From Chrysomallon squamiferum (lineage: Eukaryota; Animalia; Mollusca), in assembly GCA_012295275.1 (NCBI GenBank), contig CM022671.1, positions 1,240,001 through 1,304,000 on the forward strand: a stretch of DNA of 64,000 bases. The letters are read 5' to 3'. Positions 55,409 through 64,000 of this stretch are shown piece by piece. Each line of letters opens with the position of its first letter. Positions within the stretch are counted from its first letter, which is position 1. The notes beneath the pieces are model-generated. The model was given only the letters and a program-made list of their open reading frames with translations. It made no database searches and was not told the DNA's origin. The translations under genes and the position numbers were made by a program.

Positions 55409-56827
55409 CAAAATTCTAAATAAGAAATTAAAACTCAAAAATGTTGTTTTAAAATATTAATACTAACAAATCTGAATTATAAAAATCAGACTTCATTGAA
55501 AACAAAAATACAAAAAGAAAGGCTGAACTCACCACTAAAATGGCTTCTTTCCTCAAAATTAATAGCCAATTCAGAAGTTGATGATTGAACAGAAATACTC
55601 CACATTTAATGAACTAAGAAAGAAGTAAAGTTGTGAAAAATCCTGGACCAGAACAGGCACATTTTCTTTGAAATGAAATCACGCAATGAATTCATCATAT
55701 TGATAAAAATTTAAAAGATAAAAACCCACAAAAAATAGTACGCAAGAGTGATAGTCTTTTTATAATGTAGCCATAGTGAGAAATGAAAAATACTTTATTT
55801 CTTAAATTTTACATTATTTTCAAAATTTTTAATTTGTCATACAACTTGTGATCACTGAATTAAAGTTGCTCATAAGAATACTAGAAAATAAACCATTTAT
55901 ACAGTGAGTTCAGTTTTCTTTTTTCTTCACCTGAAAATTAAATATCATTCAAAACATTTGCTAACTGAAAAGTGTACAAACTATTTTTGATTAATCAAGC
56001 TCAATAAAGTAGCTCATTATACTGTGTCTGACATCACTGCTTAACTTTTATCAAACTTCAACAGACTTTTCTTTAATGACATTTCAGTTGTAACATAACT
56101 AACTTGAATAATAAAAATTCTGGCACAGAAACATGAAGAATCTAGTTAATTAAAATCATTACTGCTTCATCACTTACATCTTCACAATTATCTGATAGTA
56201 AAAGCAACAAATACCAAGAAAAAAGAAAAGAAAGAAAAACATTATCATGTTTTGTTTAAATTACTGAAAAAGAAGTAATTACAAAGTTTCAACACATTAT
56301 ACAAAGCCTATAATAACAATTGAACATTTTACTTCTTAGTACTTTTGGCAATAAAACTACTGTGTGTTTTCTTTGGGAAACAGTTTAATTCAATTTCTTT
56401 TCTTTTTTTATGAATTACAAGTTGTTTTAAAAAAAAGAAAAGAAAAAAAAAAAAAAAAAAAATTTAAATTAAGAATCAAAAATAAAGAAAGATATATAAT
56501 CTTATTAAAATGTACTAAAAGAAGTAACACATTTTCATTTTACTAACTGAATTTTTAGACAATTCTAAATGATCATATATTTGAATAGCTATATAACAAC
56601 TTAACCAAAAAAAAGAACTTAACAAGAAAGAAAATAAAACAATAATGTATAGAATATGCTCTTGCTAATTAAACACAACCTCCAAAATGTAATAATGGCA
56701 TAAACAAAGATAGTAAAATTATGCAATATGTTTTACAACTGCATAGCAGTTCATGACATGATATTGAAAAAAAGTTCTCTTGTGTTTGTGTCTATCTGAA
56801 CATATATTTATATGTATTTGAATAATG

Positions 56828-58614
56828 TTATACAGTAGATGTATTCAGTATACTTTGGTTGTTTTCGTGCACTTTTCTTGTATGTTTAATCAAACAGGTT
56901 TCTGTTCTAAAGATCTTTTCACAGTTATCACATTTATGTTGTTTCTTATCAGTGTGTGTTTTCATGTGACGATGCAAATCATAAGCAAGATGATAACGTT
57001 TATCACAGACTGAACACTGGAATCCACAAGTCTTAGAGTGTCTTGTCAACATATGTCTCTTTAGAGAATATTCAAAAGAAAATTTCATCCCACAACATTC
57101 ACACATGTGATCCTTCTGTCCTGTGTGTACCACTGAATGTTTATTCATGTAATTTTGAGTGTCACAGACAAAAGGACACCAAGGGCATTTCAGTTGTTTT
57201 TTCTTTTTGACACTTTCAGTTTGATGAACCTGAAGGAAATGCTTTACAAATCCTGTTCTGGATGTATATAACTTAGAACAAACGTTACAAGTGAAACTGG
57301 ATCGAGTAGGATTGTGAATTCTACTGTGCTGAGTTAAACCACCTTTGAAGTGAAAGTATTTTCCACAAACCTTGCAAGTATAGACAGTGTTATCTGAATG
57401 TGTCTTTTTATGCAAGTTTAGTGCTGATACTGAAAGAAAGCACCTATTGCACTGGTCACATTTGAAGGGTTTGTAATTGATGTGGGAGGACATGTGAACT
57501 CTAAGACTGGATTGTCTTGGAAATGATTTATCACACTGGCCACACTGAAAAGGCAGAAAGCCATGATCATTCACCTTGTGACTGACCAACGTTGTCTTTG
57601 TAGTAAAGAGCTTGTCACAAAACTTACAAGAAAATATATTCACTCTTGATTGATTACTGCTACTCTCATCCACAGAAACACAGATCTCATTTTTGTGTCT
57701 TTTAGCAATGTGTGCCTTTAAGGTGTACTTATTCGCAAGGCACTGCTGGCACCAATAACACTTAAATGGCTTTGCACCTGTGTGTGTTCTCCTGTGGCGA
57801 TTAAGTGAGCTGTTTTTAGAAAAGCTTCTGTTGCATATTTCACAGACATATTTGTATACTTTAGGATCTGTGTGAAGTTTTTTATGACTGATCATAGATG
57901 ATCGTTCTGTGAAAGACTTTTCACACTGATCACACTCATACGGTCTCAAGCCAGAGTGAACCTGAACATGGCTCATCAGCATTTCTTCTGTGTCAAACTT
58001 GCCATCACAATACCTGCACTGATGTTTTAGAATTCTAGACCTCTTAGTTTTCATTACAGTTTGGGTATTTTTCAACTCTGGTGATATCCTGCTATTATTT
58101 TTGTGTTTGATGTCTAATGAATTTCTCTCATGTGATGCCATATTTGAATTACTCATCTCAGGAGTGTTTTTATTTGCTTCTGAATTAGATGAAATGACAG
58201 ATCTTTCATGAAAGTGTATGTGTCTGTGTCGACTAAGAGTAAAACCTTTAGCAAACTTTTTCCCACAAATATCGCAGAGGTACTTGAAAGCACTTTCACC
58301 TAAATGCAGTTTTTTATGGGCGACTAATGATGATCTTTCTGTAAAAGTCTTTTTACATTTTATACAAACATACGGTTTGAGACCTGTATGAGTTTTTACA
58401 TGGTTACTGAATTTCTCAAAGTCACAAAACATGCTATCACAAAATCTGCACCTGTGTTCTGACAAAGGTATGTCTTCATTAAATGTAATGTAATATTTCA
58501 ACTTTGCTGCACTCTGGTTATTTACTTCTGATTCTCTCAACTGTTTATTTGCTTCTAAGGAGCTGCAAGGAACTGAAGACAGTCTGGACTTTGTCTCATT
58601 ATCTTTGTTCAGTT
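56828..58614 (-). CDS. C2H2 ZF gene 1, terminal exon A (16 fingers)
   Basis: Acceptor TTGTTTCAG|58614 is phase 1; 16 C2H2 fingers counted in the 601-aa ORF; stop at 56828; join to 60610 gives 861 aa. Confidence 0.9.
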
Positions 58615-59959
58615 CTGAAACAATAAACACCACCTGTCAGCCACTTCAGGGTGAAATCAGACAAACATACAGATAACAGTATGATTATAAATGTTATCCT
58701 ATGTAGTTATCCATTGACTTACGGTTAACAAAGATACAGTAATTTATAAATAATTCTGTGAACCGTATCTGTTTTTCTTAAAGTAACTACTTTTGTGAAA
58801 AAGAAGTATCAGGTATTTCCGTTTTCTGTTCAGTGTTCAATGTAGCAGCATAACTGTACATTGATATTGATAAATAATGTAATCTTTAAATCATCCATCT
58901 GTTTTCTTTTTTCAGTAAAGATATGAGTAATGAAATGATATATGATGAATGACTAATAAAAGAAAATAGCATTTATTCAGTTATAGTGTATATTTTGTTC
59001 TTCAGATATTTAGATTGTAAAATGTTTTTTGCAGTTTTACATTATTATTGGGATTTTTTAATTTTTGAACCTATAAAATACAATTACATAGTTAAAAAAA
59101 AAAAAAATAATAATAATAATAAAAAAAAAAAATTAATATCACAACTGAAGAACTGGTTCTCAGCTGTATAATTTACTTCAAGGTTAGAGGTTTGAAGGGA
59201 AGACTGCATATCATTTACAAACATTTGAACTGTTTTATAATGTGTACATTATTTATCTATTCTTTGCCAGTTAGCTCCAAACAAATATCTAAAATGTTTA
59301 TCCATCTCCAAAAGTGGTGAGATTATTCAGCTTCAGTGACATAATTTTTGATGTCTAGTGCTTCAAATAAATATAATGCCCTAATATATTCCTGTACATC
59401 CAAATGTTAATTTTGTTCACAGACTCTGTTAATAATAAAATATAAAACAATAATCTAACAAGAAACAAGGTAGCCACTATTAAGTCTTGGAACTACTTGC
59501 TGACTGAAATGAAGTTTATAAATTATGTGCAGAAAACCTAATTTCATTATTATTTACTTTGTGTTATCTGGAATGATTGGCAATAAGATTCCAAGTCGCC
59601 AGGTTTTATGGAGTGATTGATAGAAAATCAAAATGAATTAAATAATATTAACTGAATGCTCTGAAAAAAAAAATCCCATTACACTAAACATGATTTATAC
59701 AGAAAATATCTGTGCATTCCAAATGATTGTTCTCTGTACAGAAAATTTGTTTTTACATCTTTCATATCTCAGATCTTTTGAATAGCAAATCACAGTGATC
59801 TATAATAAGTTATCTCATGGCTGCAACTTGGCTCTTTTTGAAATGAGCCAAAAACCAATGCCTTTTAAGTCAGTTATGTCTTTCATCGTAATGATGTCGG
59901 TAGACTTCAAACGGTAACCACAGTCTTGAACATATTCATTCAGTGGATATTGTTTCTAT

Positions 59960-60215
59960 TGCAATAGAGATATGTATTTTATTATTTTTTAAATAAAACC
60001 TTTGTATAAAAAAAAATTTAAAAATTAAAAAAAATAACAAAAACATTTGGGATTTTCAGTATGAGGTATTTGTTTCAATACAGTTCTGGCAATAGAGATT
60101 TATATTTTATATTTTTTAAATAGAATCTTCGTATAAAAAAAAATTAAAAATAAAAAAAAATTAAAAAAACATTTGGTCATTTCAGTATGAGGCATTTGCC
60201 TCAATATAGTTATGG
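59960..60215. repeat. ~128-bp tandem duplication in ZF gene 1 intron
   Basis: GCAATAGAGAT...GTATAAAAAAAAATT...ACATTTGG...TTTCAGTATGAGG(T/C)ATTTG...TCAATA appears twice. Confidence 0.8.
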
Positions 60216-60609
60216 CCATGTATTCATAAGGCTATTGATAATTTCATTTTTTTTAAAAAGAAGAAAAAAGCCAAGTCTCATGCTTAGCAACCCATGTGAA
60301 CATGTTCAATGTATTCCAGATGGCTGCAGTTTGAAAAAAAGAACCTAAAAACAACCAGTTAACATAATAGTGTGACATTAATACAATAGTTTAAGTAGTA
60401 AATACCAAAGGTATTCAGTAGAAACCTGCTATGATATACTCTAGAATATGCTAGGCATAAAATATAAACAGCAATTATAGCTGACTAATTAAAGTTTAAA
60501 TCTTTATAAATATGATTATTACAAAAAGAAATCCCTATTCACTACATTATAACTGGGTTCTACTCCACAATTTAATAAAAAGAAATTATAACATGCATGT
60601 ATAACACAC

Positions 60610-61636
60610 CTGATTTATCCAAAATTTCATCTTTTTCTATTGGAATGCCTCTATCAACTTTTGACCGGTATGGGCCACGTTTTCTACCAACGTTTTTAAC
60701 TACTTTTTTCACCATTTTATTTTCCTCAGTATTGCTGCCTATCGATATACATCCTGATGGAAGCAGAACTTCATCAGCAATGTTGCCTGACCCTATTTCT
60801 TGGATGTTAGAAGTCTGCAAAATCATTGATGTCATATCACAGTCATTGTCACTTTGTTCTGGGGGTGCAGCTTCAAAGAATGTTTCTTCCAAATTATGAC
60901 TGATGTTCTTGGATGGAGATACATCTGCCTGCACAGAAAATGTTGTCAAGGCAACAGCTTCAGCTGGAAAAGCTGCAGCATCTGATTGTTCTTGAGGAGC
61001 TATATGTTCTGTATACAACGACTGTGGAATTATGGGATTTGATGGGTCAATTTTTGAAACTGCTTTGTTTAACACTGATACTTTCGGGTAGTCCTGGTTA
61101 TCAGTCGGAACGCTAGGTACTGTCGAAGGTTCTAATGAATCCTCTGTTTTTGGAACAACCGATGCAGTTGACAATGGGCTGCTGTAATCTGATGCAAACT
61201 TCTTGAAAACATCTGATAAGACAATCGTGCTGTCAGCATCGAGATCATCCCTGTCAAGTTTCACATGAACTGACTTGACACTGAAATAACAAATTTTACT
61301 GTGAAAGTAATTTACAAATGAGAATTGATATTCAATAAATAAATAAATAAAAAGTATGGAAAGACTAATAAAGTAAAAATGCTCACAGTTTTAACACTAG
61401 TATATGTAAAGCACCTCTTCATTTTATGACATATGATCAAATCATATTATGAAAAGAAACCAAAAAAAAAAAAAAAAAAAAAAAACAATAGAAATGAGAA
61501 TATTTTACCAGTGGTACAGTTGAAAGAACTGTTCCATTTGCATATCAACATCAAGATTAGTTTCATACTGAATGGCCTGGAACTGTACAAGAATGTCATG
61601 CCTGACAACAAGCATACAATTCCCGTTTTCAGCCAT
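60610..61636 (-). CDS. C2H2 ZF gene 1, shared 5' coding exons (N-terminal domain plus linker with basic GRKRGPYR motif)
   Basis: Exon 61661-61509 (ATG 61636 in context AAGATGG; MAENGNCMLVVRHDILVQFQAIQYETNLDVDMQMEQFFQLYH; phase 2) and exon 61280-60610 (phase-1 donor GTGTGT). Probable upstream exons 62060-61921 (in-frame ATG at 62012 possible) and one ending 63121 (GTAAGT). Confidence 0.82.
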
Positions 61637-62609
61637 CTTCAGTTTTAGACTGCATAGATATCTACAAAAACACAAAAATCATAATTTTTATAAGTTTTAC
61701 CATATACACAAATATTCAGATTTATTTGAAACCGAAGAAATAAAGATAGAAAATGGAGATAATTTAATTGATTAAAAATATTTTTTTTTAAATTAAACCC
61801 AAAAATATCTAATACTAATAGCATAGTGACAGTATTTTAACATTATTATCATTAACAATTTTCAAACATGTTCAGAATGAGTGTCAAACAGAAAAAGAAA
61901 AAAAGAAAAAAGAAAAACACGATATCATATTTAAGACTGTTGTCATGGTGCACGCAGCCTTCTGTGCATTAACATCACAGCCCGTTTTGCACACATTGAA
62001 AATTACTGACATTTAGATTTCAGTGACAACTAAAATGAAGATTGACACATTAATCTTTTGCTGAGAAAAAGGAAAAGAAAAGAAAAAAAAAAGGTGGTTT
62101 ATAATATAATTCATGACAACGGCTAATTTGAAAAAGATAATTGTTATAGTTTTTGGTTGTTTTGTTTTTTAAACCAGCTTTGGGATATAAATTTTAAAAA
62201 AAATGTTCAAAACTGTGATCAATACAGTAAAAGAACATGTAAGAAGAGCACCAGCTATAAAATGAACGTATATTGAGTATCTCTCCCTGACCCTCTCTTT
62301 GTAGATATTTTTAACCATATAACTTTATTTTAAAAACTTTCAAAACACTTATAATTTTGTAATCTGAAGTTTTGATGAAACAGATAGAATATGAATATTT
62401 TATTATAAATAGATTTCAGTCAACAGTTATGAGTATTTTTTTTTACTTGTTGTGTCACAATCAATGTATAAAATATGTGTGCTTATTAACTGAATAATAT
62501 TAAAATTAAACCATATTTATCATGCAGTTTTTTCTCTTTAAATTTAAGATGCCCTAGAAAGTAATAGTTTAAAAACAGTAATACTGCTCATCTTCACATT
62601 CTTATACTC

Positions 62610-62644
<35 letters not shown>

Positions 62645-64000
62645 GTTATTATTATTATTAAATTAAGGAATGGTTATACAAAATTACTAATAGGGGAATG
62701 CCAAATAATTGGAAAATGTTATATGATTCGACCAAATATAGCTAGGAAATGATCATTTTGGGGTACTTATACCTTGTGTTCTGGAGTTTTGGGGCACAAT
62801 TATTGCAGAAACAAACAAACAAAATATCAGCTATAATTTGTTTAACGAGAGTTAGATTCAAATAAAACTATAGCAGTATCGTCATCAAAGTTTTTTTTAT
62901 GTGCCATATAAAGACTGAAACTGACAAGGTGTTTTTGTTTTTTTCAGAAACATACAATATTAAAAAATTACATTTGGCACGCGACTGTAGTGACACAAGT
63001 AATGGAACACCCTTCAAAATACTGCCAAAAGTCTGAAAACTATTAAATCGTAATCGTTGGTATAAATATTAAATAAAACACGAAAACATTTACCAAACCA
63101 ATAAATTTAACTATACTTACAAGAAAAATGTAAACAAAATAAATCTATTTTTTTTAAAATATAACAATTTTCTCAATATTGAGCGTCTTCGAAAGATTCT
63201 TGCGAAGAACGACAACTCATTTATACTTCCATCACATACAAGGAAGAGCCAAATCAAAATCATTTATTTATTCAAACAATTATTAAAAATAAAAATAAAA
63301 ATAAAAACGTTATTATTATTTATTTAATTTTTTATGCTGATATCAAAAGTTTTACACGGAATGTTTACCGTTCCAGGGCCTATTTGGGTATTAAGAATAA
63401 TGAAAGTATGCTTCCTAGCTTTCAAATCATATATTATTTATAGACGATAAAAACTAAACCCTCTCCAAAAACAAATAAAACAAACAAAACATCAAACTAA
63501 ACAAAGGAAAAAAAATAAAGAAAGAAATAAAGAAAAAAGAAAAAGAAAAAACTGCCACTACAGTAAATACAAATAGTATCATTAAGGAATTGTTGTACAC
63601 AATAGTTATAATAAGGGAATGTCAAATAATAAATAAATGACTAAACGGACAACAACAAATTGAATAACAATAATAATTATAATTTCTATTTTTAATTTAA
63701 AAAATAAACTGAAGCGATCTGAAAAACTGTAAAAGAAAGGAAAACTGGAAAATATTTTTTTGATGATGAAGAAATGTAAATGTATGTAACGCATCTTAAA
63801 CATATGCAGATAATTACATGAATCATGTAAGCTATATTTGCAGAGAGGCTGTTATTAAATAAAAACAAAAATTTGAAAAGTTCAGTTTAATTACATTATT
63901 TTGCATTATCGGAATTTGAAAATTTTGAAATTGGTCATACTTCATCATGATTTACCAAAACAAATATTCTGTTTATGAGTGTGTTTGTTTGTTTGTCTGT

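Noticed and set aside
40663-58633. Treating each ZF ORF as an independent intronless gene using ORF-track starts
   Set aside because: Most listed starts are GTG/TTG or fall in polypyrimidine tracts or mid-finger; phase-1 acceptors explain the true boundaries.
1-64000. tRNA, rRNA, CRISPR arrays, autonomous transposons
   Set aside because: No recognisable signatures or RT/transposase ORFs seen; small ncRNAs cannot be excluded by eye.

Overview
AT-rich, intron-rich animal DNA with many microsatellites; an invertebrate, plausibly a mollusc or other lophotrochozoan (inference). Manual splicing gives five genes. (1) The 3' half of a DOCK3/4-type (DOCK-B) Rac GEF on + (4040-22206), with a U12-type intron, an apparent 5-bp frameshifting duplication, and tandem repeats that copy its own splice sites. 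(2) An 11-exon TSSK5-like kinase on - (27750-33799) with DLG in place of DFG. (3) An uncharacterised helical protein of about 306 aa on + (37728-39072). (4,5) Two paralogous C2H2 zinc-finger genes on -. The main finding concerns these two: each has a shared 5' region encoding a conserved ~40-aa N-terminal domain plus a linker ending in a phase-1 donor, followed by several promoterless, phase-1-compatible, stop-containing zinc-finger modules (3 in one gene, 2 in the other). This suggests a lola/mod(mdg4)/fruitless-like alternative-terminal-exon system built on a non-BTB N-terminal domain. All exon models were derived by eye, without transcript data.
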